Positions 52,148 through 63,644 of a stretch of 64,000 nucleotides of DNA are shown one piece after another. The position numbers and the translations under genes were made by a program. The notes below the pieces were generated by a model. The model had not been told where the DNA came from. It searched no databases and saw only the letters and a list, made by a program, of their open reading frames with translations. The DNA comes from Sphyrna mokarran (Eukaryota), in NCBI GenBank assembly GCA_024679065.1, contig JAGIQG010000008.1, positions 86,552,001 through 86,616,000 of the forward strand. The letters run 5' to 3'. How positions within the stretch are numbered: the stretch's first letter is position 1; each line of letters opens with the position of its first letter.

Positions 52148-52496
52148 CTGTATGTGTGTATCTGTGTGCGTGTCTGTGTGCGTTTTCTGTGTGTGTCTGT
52201 GAGTGTGTAGTGTGAAGGTCTGTGTGTGTGGGTGGGTGTCCGTGGGTGTCTGTGTGTGTAGGTGTGTGATCTCTGTGTACCTGTGTGTAGGTGGTGTGTG
52301 AGTGTATGTGTGTTAGTCTGTCAGTATGTAGTTGTGTGTCTCTGTGTGTGTGGTGTCTGTGTGTGTGTGTGGGGGGGGTGTTTTTGTGTGTGGTCTGTTT
52401 GTATGTAAGTGCGTGTGTCTGTGTGTGGATGCGTGTTTGCATGTGTGTGTGTGTCTATAGGTGCATGTGTACATTTGTATGTGTGTGTGTGTGTGT
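52148..52496. repeat. Degenerate (GT)n low-complexity tract
   Basis: ~350 bp of imperfect TG repeats. Confidence 0.95.
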
Positions 52497-52821
52497 TTTT
52501 ACTCCTGATCTGGAGTGGCACTGGGATTCCAGTTTTCAACCTGGACTCAACCAACCAGCGTGAAGTCGGCAGAACCTGAAGGCGAGCGGCTAAAAATATA
52601 ACCAGAGGAAGGAATGTCAGTGCCGACCTACTTCTGCGGGAGAAAAAAAGATGGAGTTTGAACCATAACAAAGCAGAACATTTCGCTGACAAATTTTAAT
52701 GCCACCTTACTGCGCTCTTACCATCTTCGCAACTGGTTTTTCGCTGCTGTGTTGAACGTGTATGAACATCTTTGTAACACTCAATGGCACAATGTTTGCA
52801 GCCTAAACCTTCCAGTAAAAC

Positions 52822-52842
52822 ATGATCACCAGGTATAAAGAG
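52822..52842 (+). CDS. Candidate coding end of a first exon, MITRYKE, unidentified gene
   Basis: aaaacATG (A at -3), 7 codons, then consensus donor GAG|GTAAGT inside the CpG island; no protein recognised, may be 5' UTR. Confidence 0.35.
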
Positions 52843-53069
52843 GTAAGTTTGATGGACACGGACATCGCCTGAGCATGATAGCATGACAAGGTGCCCAGGA
52901 AGCGCAGCCTTTGTGTAGTTTGGTTTTGGGGAGCAGTTTGTCGGAATAACCCACACCGGGAGTACAAGTAATCTTTTATCCCATTCTGCTGCAAACATGC
53001 TGTCAGCGCTCCCTCTGCGCCCCCCACCCACATTTTAATGTTTCTGCTATTTATTTTCCATGTTTAAAG

Positions 53070-53128
53070 AATGGCATTTGTTTTAAAAGGAATCCCCTGT
53101 TAAAGAAGAAAACTCAGTTTCTGCCAGG
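53070..53128 (+). CDS. Candidate small second exon (NGICFKRNPLLKKKTQFLP, or ESPVKEENSVSAR from the alternative acceptor at 53090)
   Basis: Pyrimidine tract tttctgctatttattttccatgtttaaag|, donor AGG|GTAAGT at 53129; both acceptor choices stay open in frame with MITRYKE. Confidence 0.3.
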
Positions 53129-54184
53129 GTAAGTCAGTCCAAAGTGGGGCATTTTTCTGAAAATGACGTTTGGCAAGGGGAAGCCACTGGCGTTGTTGAG
53201 CCAATGATGTGAGGGAGAAGGGGAGGGGACAGGAATACTGCGGCTGGGGATGGGGAAGGTCAGGGAGTGAGATCAAGGAAATACCCAATTCAATAACAAA
53301 CCCATGAAATCCATGCCATTGAAGATATGCATTGCAGTATTTATTTGCTGTAGTGCTCAGGGTCAGTTTTTCAACCCCTCATCTTCACTGCAGAATATTT
53401 TAGATTCTGGTACTTATCAGAGTGACACATTGGCGTGTTTGCGAAAAAAATCACGTTGTTCCACCAAAAAGCAGCGGGATAATGAGAGGCAACGCTTCTT
53501 TCCTTTGCTCACTTTGCATCTTCTGCTCGTGTTTAGGTAGGTTTGAAATTACGCCTGGTGACATCGGCTGCTTTATGCTCATAAGGATGCAGAATGTAGG
53601 TCAGTTTGATGAGAATTGGGAGATGGGAATTAATGCGAGCATCAACACAATGCATGCACATTGCTCCATGGGCTCTGTGTCCTTTCTGCTGGTGTACAAT
53701 AGATGCTCCCTGCTAGCTCTCCTGTCTGTTACACAACTGAACTCTTGGCGGTATTTGGTCGGAAATGTACCCATTGACAATGAGGTCCTGCTGGGGTTAA
53801 AGTGTGAATAGGTTTACTGTAGTTTTATTAGTGCCACGCTTGGAATCGGTGGATGTGTAATGAGGCTGTCAATACATAGCAACGAAACATTTCACAAAGT
53901 AATTACATCCTTACCTTTAACATTGCTGTCTCACTATGTAACTCAAACATTGGCGAAATATGGTGAGATATTCATATACCCCAAAGGAGGTATCGGGTAA
54001 TAATTGTTGATTTGGCTGCTGACATTTCCTAACTCTTTTTTTCATTTGTGAGTTGTACTGATATATCCATTAGTATTATTTTATCCCTTGAAGGCATGTG
54101 GGTATTGTTAGCAAGGTTGGGAGTTACACAATAGTGTATTGTAATTAATAGTGTAATGTAAAGGATGATGAAAGGATAAAGGGA

Positions 54185-55331
54185 TTGGGTCTCGGGTAGA
54201 GTGATGTGGCTTTGGGGTAGAGTGGTAGGGTCTCAGGGTAGAGTGATGGGGCCTCAGTATAGAGCATTTGAGTCATGGGGTAGAGTGAAGGAGTCTCGGG
54301 GTAAAGTAATGGGATCTCAGGATTGAGTGATGGTGTTTCGGGATAGAGTGAGGAGTCTCGAGATAGAGTGATGCAGTCTCGGGTGCAGTGATGGTGTCTT
54401 GGGTTAGAATGATGGGATGTCAGATTAGTGTAATGAGATCTTGAGGTAGAGTGATGGGGTCACAGAGTACAGTGATGAGGTCTCGAGGTAGAATGATAGG
54501 ATTTCAGGCTAGAGTGATAGGGTTTTGGGATAGCGTGATAGGGTCTATGGAAAGAGTGATGGGATCTCAGAATAGAGTGATGGGGTCTCAAGGTAGAGTG
54601 ATGAGGTCTCAGAGTAAAGTAATGGGATCTCGGGGTAGAATGATAGGATCTTGGGGGTAGTGTGATGAATCTCAGGGTAGAGTGATGAAGTCTCAGGGTA
54701 GAATGATTGGGTCTTGGGGTAGAGTGATGGGGTCTCGGGGTAGAGTGATGGGATCTCAGGGTAGATTGATGTGTCTTGGGATTCAGTAGAGTAACAGGGT
54801 CTCAGGGTTGAGTAGAGCAATGGAATCTTGGGGTTGAGTACAGCAATGGACTCTGGGGTAGAGTGATAGGGTCTTGGGATAGAGTGATTAGGTCTTGCAT
54901 GGAGTGATAAGTCCCATGGTAGTGCAATGGGATCTTGGGTAGAGTGATGGGGTCTCAGGCTGGAGTAAAGTGATGAGGCAGCACAGTAGTACAATGGTTA
55001 GCACTGCTGCCTCACAGCACCAGAGACCCAAGTTCAATTTCAATCTTGGATCACTATCTGTGTGGAATCTGCATATTCTGCCTGTACCTGTGTAGATTTT
55101 CTCCCAGTGCTCCAGTTTCCTCTCACAATCCAAAGGTGTGCAGGCCATGCTAAAATTGTGTCTTTGTGTCTCAAGACATATAGGTTAGGAGAATTAGTGG
55201 GGTTATGATGGAATGCTCTGTCAGAGAATTCATGCAGACTCAAAGGGCCAAATGGCTACTTCTGCACAGTTACAATTCTGTGATTCTGTGGCCTCAGGGT
55301 ACAGTAGAGTGATGGGGCCTCAGGGTAGAGA
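54185..55331. repeat. Minisatellite, ~21-22 bp unit (GGGTAGAGTGATGGGGTCTCA), roughly 35 diverged copies, interrupted by a SINE
   Basis: Recurrent gtagagtgatg..gtctc.gg units 54185-54976, resuming 55291-55331. Confidence 0.93.
54977..55290 (+). mobile_element. HE1/V-SINE-type SINE inserted in the minisatellite
   Basis: ggcagcacagtagtacaatggttagcactgctgcctcacagc head; tail ttctgtgattctgtg. Confidence 0.87.
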
Positions 55332-56182
55332 AGAATACCAAGGCCTTGAACAGAACTAGAGTGCCAGAGCCCAGGGATGGACCAAAGTGTTGTGGCCCAG
55401 GAGCAGAACAGACTGGCAGGGTCCAGGAGCTGACTAGAGTGCCGGGGAGGAGAAGTTGGCTGCAGGACTGATGAGTGAAGCCCAGGGCCAATGGGGAGCA
55501 GTTGAGGAAGAGGCTAGTTTGTGTGTGTAGCAAATTGATTGTGTATGAATCAATTTGAATTTTGTGCCCATTACACACAAATGCACTTAAAGACCCTCAA
55601 CACTGATCCAAAATATGATCAGCCGTGGAGTTGATTTCATGCTGGCTAGCCAATGAATGAGCAGTCAGTGTTAAACATTCACTGAGAAAGGTTCAGTGTT
55701 ATCTGGGAGGATGGGAACAGGGTGGATGCTGAGAAAAGGGAGGATGTTGGCTGGAGCTTCTAAGGTGAGCTGTGTCAGAGAGTTGCAAACCCATACAAAT
55801 TAAATCCTAATGATAAAATACTGCAAACAGTGCCTAAGCAGCACATTCAAAAACAGTCAGTCCCTGTACATCTCCTTTAATTATATGTCAGCCTTGATAT
55901 TTCATCCTGTATCCTATAAGCATACAGTTTATGCTTTAACTGTAATGCCCTGGAGAACATTACAGTTAAAGCATAAAAGCCACCTGCCAACTGTAAAAGT
56001 AGATGGGCCATGTAATTGCATTCCATTGACCTCTCAATGGAATGGTGGATGTGCTTCCAACTCTTCCACATGCACACCAACTGAAATATCGCACAAGTGC
56101 GCAATGACATGGAAACATGTGTGTCCGATGTCCTCTTAGACAATTTCACGTTCCTCAAAATTCTCTCATTTGTGTAGGTTCA

Positions 56183-56306
56183 TCAGTGGGGAGTGAGTGA
56201 GTGGGTGTGTATCGAAGAAGAGTGTGAGTGAGGGAGAGTGTATCTGCATGGGAGTGAAATAGTGAGGAATTGAGCATGTATGTGGGAAAGTGAGAGAGTG
56301 AGTGCA

Positions 56307-56345
<39 letters not shown>

Positions 56346-56640
56346 TGGAGGGGAGTGTAAGTGAGTGAGAGTATATGTGTGTGGGAGTGAGATACTGAGG
56401 TATTAAGTATGTGTGTGTGGGACTGAGACAGTGAATGTGTGTGTGTCAGAAGGGAATCTGAGTGAGTGAGAGTGTATGTGTATGAGAGTGAGAGAATGAT
56501 TCTGTGTGTGTGTGTGTGTGTGTGCGTGTGTGTGTCCATATGTGTTGAAGAAGAGTGTGAGTGAGTGAGAGTCTATATGTATGGGAATGAGATAGTGAAG
56601 GATTGAGTATGTGTGTGTGGGGATGAGAGAGTGAGTGTGC
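56183..56640. repeat. (GT)n/(GAGT)n compound low-complexity tract
   Basis: Perfect TG runs at ~56311-56340 and ~56504-56535 within a GA/GT-rich tract. Confidence 0.92.
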
Positions 56641-58094
56641 TTCACTCCCAGCCTTAGATTTTCACTCACTCTTGCCAACACACAGTGGCTGAGGGTAAGT
56701 GAGGATGGAAGTGAGCCTAGCACACACACATACTCTGACTTTCTCACATTCTGTTCATTTTTATTGGTTATTGTTATTTAGCTGAATAATTTATTGCAAG
56801 GTGATTGCTTTATTTTTGCTCAGCAGTTGCTCCTTGTTAAAAAAATCTCAACTTTTTTTGGAAGTCAGTATAATGTAATGCCGAACATTATCTTTCCAAA
56901 ATTTGCCCATTAATGATAAAGTTGGACAAACCTGATGTAAAATTATGGAAATTTCCATCAGCCATTGAGCTTTAATGTAAAATCTATGACTATACTATGT
57001 TTTATATGTGGCGACTTATGTATTTGTCAGGTATCTGCAGAAAATTGCAAGCAATACTACTGTGAAATTCATGGCCGTTTTCAAGATAATTGAATCTAAT
57101 GAATAGTTTTCTTGAGTGAGTTCCATTGCCTCTAGAAGGAAAGGCAATTGTCTATTAATATTGTAGAATTTCAGATGATACTTTTAAACTACATCCATCA
57201 AAATGGGTCAAATCAACTTCTCTCAAGGAGTTGATAAGTAGCTGCTTGAATTTTAGGATTTTACTTGGCAAGTAATTGTTGTCCAAGTAACTGACAAAAA
57301 AGGAGCAATCTATGCAGAAATATCTGCTCAAGTAAATAGCTAAAACACTAAATTACTGTCCCCCAAACTAGAAGTTATTCATTAAATCAAATACTTATAA
57401 ATGTTATTGATTACTAGGTCTCAAAGCATCAATACAAGAGTCAATGTTGTCAGGAAAATATCTTCTAATCAATATGGGTGTGCAAAAGTATCCAATGAGT
57501 GATGTTAAAGGTGAAACATTGGAGACCAGACAGGGACTACTGACTGCAACCGTTGTGAAGCTTAGGCTATCAAGTGAAACAAAAAACAGATTCCAATTTT
57601 AAATAAATGTTTCAAACCAGCAGCCAGAGGTAATAAAACAATTATGACGATTATATGAACCATATATGAATTAAACCTTTAGGATTCCGAAGTGACTTTG
57701 AAATAATATTCTTCGCCATTGTTCCTGGCTATTTTGGTCACTTCCCTTTTGACTTTTCAATTTTTTCTTTTGATATTATATAGTTTTCTATCTACTGCAG
57801 TCAATATTCATATTTATTATATAAGTGAACCTATGGATATGTAGTCAGATCTTCATGGTTACCTATAAAAGCTATAGGCCAGGACACATAATGGTGGGAA
57901 ACTGATACTGTGATAAATTCAGTGTGTAATTATTATTGAAATGTTAGATTAATCTTTCGGCCTAAAAAATGCATTTTATTTTACATTGCTTGGAAATTAC
58001 ACTGCATGGTAAATATTGATTTATTACATCCATGCATCACAAATTTATTTGTTATTTTAAAGGTAGGAATTGTTTTCTCCATCATTTTTTAAAA

Positions 58095-60300
58095 TTATTT
58101 TATGGCATTTGAGTACTGCTGGCAAGGACAGCATTTTTTAATCATCTCTAATTGCCCTTGGAAAGGTGGCAGTGACCCACTGGCTTGAATCACTGCAGTC
58201 AATTTGTTGCAGGAACATCCACAGTGCCGTTGAGAGAGAGGGGAGAATGTTCCAGCAGCAGTAAAGGAATGATGATGTAGTTCCAAGTCAGGATGACGTG
58301 TGGTTTGAAAGGTGAACTTATGGTAGTGATGTTTCCATGCTGCTCTTGTCCTTCTGGGGGGTTAGAAGTTGTAAGTTTGGAAGATGCTGTTGAAGGAGAT
58401 GTATTGTATCTTGTATATGGTACATACAGCTGCTGCTGCATTGGTAATGGAAGGTGTGAATATTTAAGGTGCGGAAGGCGTGCAGATCAAGTGGGCTGCT
58501 GTGTCCTGGATTGTATCAAACTTCTCGAGTGTTGTTGGAACTGCACTTATCTAGGCAAGTGGAAAATATTTACTCACATTCCTTACTTGTGCCTTGTAAA
58601 TAGTAGACAGGCTTTGGGGAGTTAGGATATGAGTTGTTGGCTGCAGGATTCCAGCCTCTGACCTGCTTTTGCAGTTGGCCCAGTTAAGTTCATGATGAAT
58701 AGAAATCCTCAGGATGCTGATAGTGGGACGTTTCAACAAAGGTCAAGGAGAGATATTTAGATACTTGTGTGGCATAAATGTTACTTGCCACTTATCTGCC
58801 TGTACGTTTTCTAAGTATTGATGCATACGGAAAGATTGTTTCAAATCTAAAGAGTTGTGATCGGTACTAAACATTGTGTAATCATCAGTGATCATCTCAC
58901 TTCATACCTTATGATGGAAGGAAGGTCATTGATGAAGCAGCTGAAGATTGTTGGACCTAGGACACTACCCTGAGGAACACTGATGCTCTGGAGCTGAGAT
59001 AATTGGCCTCCAAACATAGCAGCAATTTTCCTTTGTGCTAGGTAAGATTCCTCTCTCCCAATCCCATTAACTCCAATTTTGATAGGGCTCTTTGATGTCA
59101 CATTGGGTCAAATGATGCCTTGATATGAAGGGCTGTAATGCTCACATCACCTGTTGAGTTCAGTTCCTTTGTCCATGTTTGGACCAATGTTGTAATGGGG
59201 ATTAGAGATGAATGGTCCTGGAGGAACCCAAATCAAGCACTGGGGCAGGTAATTGCTGTGTAACTGCTGCTTGCTAATGCTGTTGAGCAACATATTCCAT
59301 CACTTTATTGACAATCAAGAGAGGACTGCTGGGGCAGTATTTGGCCACATTGGATTTGATATGTTTTTTGTGGACAGGGACATTCTTGGTCAATTTGCCA
59401 CGTTGTCAGTATTGTAGCTGTACTGGAATAACTTGATTGTGGGTTTGGCTAGTTGTGGAGCACAGATATTCCGTATTAGAGCCAGGAAGTTAACAGGCAT
59501 CATATGTTTTACTGCATCTAGTGCCTTCAATTGTTTCTTAATATGTGCAGTGAATCAAATTGGCTGACAACACATTTGTGATGCTGGAGCCTTCTGGGAA
59601 GGCTAAGATGATTTGCCTGCAAACATTTTTGCTTGAAAATGTTTGCAAACTCTTCAAAGTTTTCTTTTCCTCTGGTGTACTAGACTTCAACCGCTATTCA
59701 TGATTGGCTATGGCAAGACTGCAGAGCTTAGCTCTTTGTTAGGCCATTTCTGAGGTTTTGAGAATAGTTTTAGAGTCAATCACATTGCTGTGGGTCTGGA
59801 GTTGTCTGGTGCTCCCATAGTTTGGTATATCTGAGTCTCACAAAGTTGCCACTCATTTTTAATTCTGTTTGGTGCTGCTCCTGGCATACTTTCCAGCACT
59901 CCTCACTGAGACAGTGTTGACCTCTGAGTTTGATGGTAGCAGTAGAACAAAGGATATGCTCAGCTGCAAGATTACAGGTTGCAGTTGAAAGCAATTCTGC
60001 TACAGCTGATGGCCACAGTGCTTTATGGATGTCCAGGTTTGAGTTGCTAGATCTGCTTTGAATTTATTCCCTTTAGCACAGGTCATGCCTACCAAAACTG
60101 TCATGGTTAGATGCAACCACAGCAGCAAGACTGGTGTCTGCGAGTTCAAGCAGGTTTTTTCCTCCCCTTGATTGTTTCACCACCTGCTACAAGCCTAATT
60201 TGGCAGCTATGTCCTTCAGGACTCTGCCAACTCAGTCAGTAATGGTGCTACTGAGCCACTCTTGGTAATAGGCATTGAAGCCTTCACCCAGCACCAACCC
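58095..60300 (-). mobile_element. Degenerate CR1/L2-group LINE (~2.2 kb, RT region to 3' tail)
   Basis: VPQGSVLGPTIFSCFINDLPSII (RT), LTPQSLSTIYKAQVR; 3' tail shared with the SINE at 20531-20857. Confidence 0.9.
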
Positions 60301-60349
60301 CCCACAAAATACTCAGCATACATTCATCAATTAGCTGAAGGAGAGTTAG

Positions 60350-60785
60350 ACTTTTCTGTAGCAGTTTGGTACAACTGAATGGCTTGCTAAACCTCTTCAG
60401 AGGGCAGTTAAGAATGAACTGCACCATGGGGTGTGGCATCACATGTAGGCAGGCCAGATAAGGATAGTAGTTTTTTTTTGTTCATTCTGGAAATGTGAGT
60501 GTCACTAGCTGGGCCAGCATTTATTTCCCATAATCCTTACTGCACTTGAACTGAATGATTTGTTAGGCCATTTCTGAGGATATGAGAATAGTTTTAAAGT
60601 CAATCACATTGCTGTGGGTCTGGAGTCACATGTAGGCCAGACCAGATAAGGATAGCAGACTTCCTTCCCTAAAGTACATTAATGAAGCAGTTAGGCTTTT
60701 ACCACAATCCAATAGTTTCTTGATCCCCATTACCAAGTTAGTTTTTAATTCCAGATTTATTAATTGAATTTAAATTCCATCAGAA
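60350..60785 (-). mobile_element. Two adjacent fragments of the second SINE family
   Basis: gtcaatcacattgctgtgggtctggagtcacatgtaggccagacc...attgaatttaaattcca is the reverse complement of the 20531-20857 interior. Confidence 0.8.
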
Positions 60786-61450
60786 AATACATGTTTTAGT
60801 TTTTATGTTTTGATATCTCAATTGCTCAATTAAATTGCTGCTAGATAATGATTTTATTGTCTATTAATTTTGTGCATTATTTAAAGCCCTAGATTAAATT
60901 GCTGTCCTTTAATAATGTCAAGTATTTATTGCTTTGGACGCAAATTCTCTCATCAAACCAAACAAATCAATTGGATTGCTCCTTATAACTCATTTCAGAA
61001 ATGTAGTTTTTCTGTATATAAATCTGAATTTTTCAATTGGATTCTCATCAACAATCATTCCCCTCTGTTCATTATTCTTTGTGCCATTTTCAGTGTGTAA
61101 AATCTCATAGATGGCAGTGTGCTATGCTAAAATACCAGCAGAATAATTTTCCTGTTGGACCTGGTGTGACCCTCTTGTTCCCTGTGGTACATGTTACCTC
61201 AAATGGGACCAAGAAAGATAAAACATCCTCTTAGTGTATCAATGATTTGTGGTTAAAATGAAATTCTTAACTACTTGATTCCAGTGCTCCTGTCTGTTCA
61301 ATCAATGAAATTTCAAATTCAAATAGAATTGAACAATAAGAAAACTGCAATCCTGTGTAAAAACATATTTAACTACCAACTACTAGTGAATTTCCTTTAT
61401 TTTGAAACTAAATTGCAGTTTCTAATTGGTGAAAATTGCTGAAAAATAGA

Positions 61451-61901
61451 GTGGCAGGCTGACACAGTGCTTAGCACTGCGGCTGACGGTGTCAGGGACT
61501 CAGGTTCGATTCCTAGCTTGGGTCTCTGTCTGAGCGGAATCTGCACATTAGAACATAGAACATAGAACATAGAACACTACAGCACAAACAGGCCCTTCGG
61601 TCCACAAGTTGTGCCGAACACATCAAAACCTACCCAGCCATAGACCTATCTATAACCCCCAATCCCATTGGATCCCATATACTCATCCAGAATGAGTTCT
61701 CCCATACCTGAGTGGATTTCCTCTGGGTGCTCTGGTTTCCTCCCACAGTCTGAAAGATATGCTGGTTAGGTGCATTGGCCATGCTAAATTCTCCCTCAGT
61801 ACACCTAAACAGGTGCCGGAGTGTGACAAGAGGGAACTTTCACAGACACTTCATTGCAGTATTAATGTAAGCCTACTTGTGACACTAATAAATAAACTTT
61901 A
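61451..61901 (+). mobile_element. V-SINE-type SINE (alternative tail) with nested minus-strand CR1 tail at ~61549-61696
   Basis: Host ...gaatctgcacat | ttctccc... is split by (CATAGAA)n + cactacagcacaaacaggcccttcgg; host tail gtaagcctacttgtgacactaataaataaacttt. Confidence 0.87.
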
Positions 61902-62779
61902 AAATTCACCAATTGACCAAAAAAGTCTTTTCTTTATCTATAGCAACTGAAGCTATACTGAGGAATAGTTGAAGAGTTGTCATATATCAAACGATAGTTC
62001 TCAATGATTTGCATTTGTTTACATCAGTGGGCAATAATCTTGAACTGATGAGGATTGTAACAAAGTAGTTGCCTGGTGATGTATAAAAGCAATTAAAAGT
62101 TCTTCTGAAATTGATAAAAAATAGTCCTTCAACACTAATGTTTTAATGTCACATTGTGAATGGATTTGACGAGTTGCTGTCTTAACACTAATTAAGTATA
62201 ATGTGTGCCTGCCTTCTTTAATGTGCAGATTTTAAAACCACAAGTTCAGTAACAACTAATCACAACTGACTGCTTCATTGCTTTATTTTTTCTTGTTGCT
62301 TTCATCCTCAACAGTATTCAATACATTTCAATTGTCTTTTTGGTTGTTTTTCAATAAAAAAAGAGAAACTACTTATTACTTCATTTGATCATCTTCAAGA
62401 AAAAATAATGTAACATTTAATGGGGGAATTGTTGTAATAATAATATAGTCGAAACATAAACAGAATAACTACATCAAAAATACAGTAATAATGTCAAACA
62501 TAAGTGACGCAATGACATTTTCAGAATTATGATGCAAATTGACAAAACTGATTCAATCACATTGTTCATTGTGGTGATGGGTTTAAATATCAATTGACAC
62601 ACATTATGAAGTTAGGACTAAGAAAGTGAAGAAAAGTGAACATTTTTAACTTAAAAAGATATTTGATATTTTGTTTAAGTTGATGGGGAAGTTATTGAAG
62701 TAGACAATATAAATGAATACAAGAAGCAATTAAATAGCTTCTCTTTCCTTCTACCATTGCCTTTTGACCCCCCCAGCGA

Positions 62780-63600
62780 TCTATTTTTGACTGCTGTCCA
62801 ATTTCTTCTCTGCATTTGCCCCTTGACATGCATCGTATGCATGCTGATAATGCCAGCTGTACCTCACCACCATCTCTCTCGACCATTCTAATCCTTCTGT
62901 GTTGTCAAACTATCTGACACTGCATAACCCAATATTGATGCCAGTTAAATACTGGGAAAAATAAAATGTTGTGATCATTTTAAAATTTCATTACACAGCC
63001 ACTGATTCTACCCACCAAACTGATCACTTGGCTGAGACTAATGCAGACCACTCATGACCCAAAGCCTATTTCACTTTGAACCAAATCTCTACCTCTATAC
63101 TGTTTCCATTACCAAGACCTTCCACTTCTATCCCCATGATATACCATTTGTTTCTGCTTCTGCTTCAGCCCATTTGCTGCTGAAACCTTCCTCCATTCTT
63201 TCATACCTCCAAATCCAGCTTTTTCAATGCTCTCCAAGCCTTCCTCCCATCTTGTGTGTTCCAGAAATGTAGCTTATTCATAACAGTGGTGGTATATTTG
63301 AACTCGAATTATCATCCATTGCCTTGAACTCACTTATTTGTAGTGGCCACTTACATCTTGATTTTAAAATTCTCGTTCTCATCTACCCCTATCTCTGCAG
63401 TCTTCTCCAGTTCTACAATCCATTGAGAACTCTGTGTGCCTCCAACTCTGGCTCATGTACATTGCCCTCATTTTTTTCTACCCATGCTGAAGGTCATGCC
63501 ACTGCCTGCTCTGGTCCTAAATGCTGGAATTTCTTCGCTTAACGTCATTTCTTTGCCACCTCTCACTCTTCTCCGTTAACATTCCCTAACACCCATCTCC
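62780..63600 (+). mobile_element. Old L2-like LINE 3' fragment
   Basis: atgcatgctgataatgccagctgtacctcaccacc (decayed YADD context), attttaaaattctcgttctc, ctccaactctggc. Confidence 0.55.
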
Positions 63601-63644
63601 AGCTTCTATTCTAAATGAAAAGAAATAATTTATAAAGTGTTTTT

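Larger units (their letters stand above)
51700..53030. promoter_or_regulatory. CpG-enriched island, probable promoter/first-exon region of a downstream gene
   Basis: Visible CpG density far above the CpG-depleted background in non-repeat sequence; contains an RE1 site and a strong splice donor; o/e ratio not computed. Confidence 0.7.

Noticed and set aside
52137-52692. His/Thr- and Cys/Val-rich ORFs (also 56183-56747)
   Set aside because: Translations of (GT)n low-complexity tracts
52614-52837. MSVPTYFCG... as ABCC8/ABCC9 exon 1 (FCG motif; frame continues past one TGA)
   Set aside because: Stop after 15 codons and no CFVDALN..PHVFLLFITFPILFIG similarity; treated as a uORF or chance match
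54451-54994. Repetitive ORFs (PETPSLY-like) or a CRISPR-like array
   Set aside because: Head-to-tail minisatellite with no unique spacers; eukaryotic context and no cas genes
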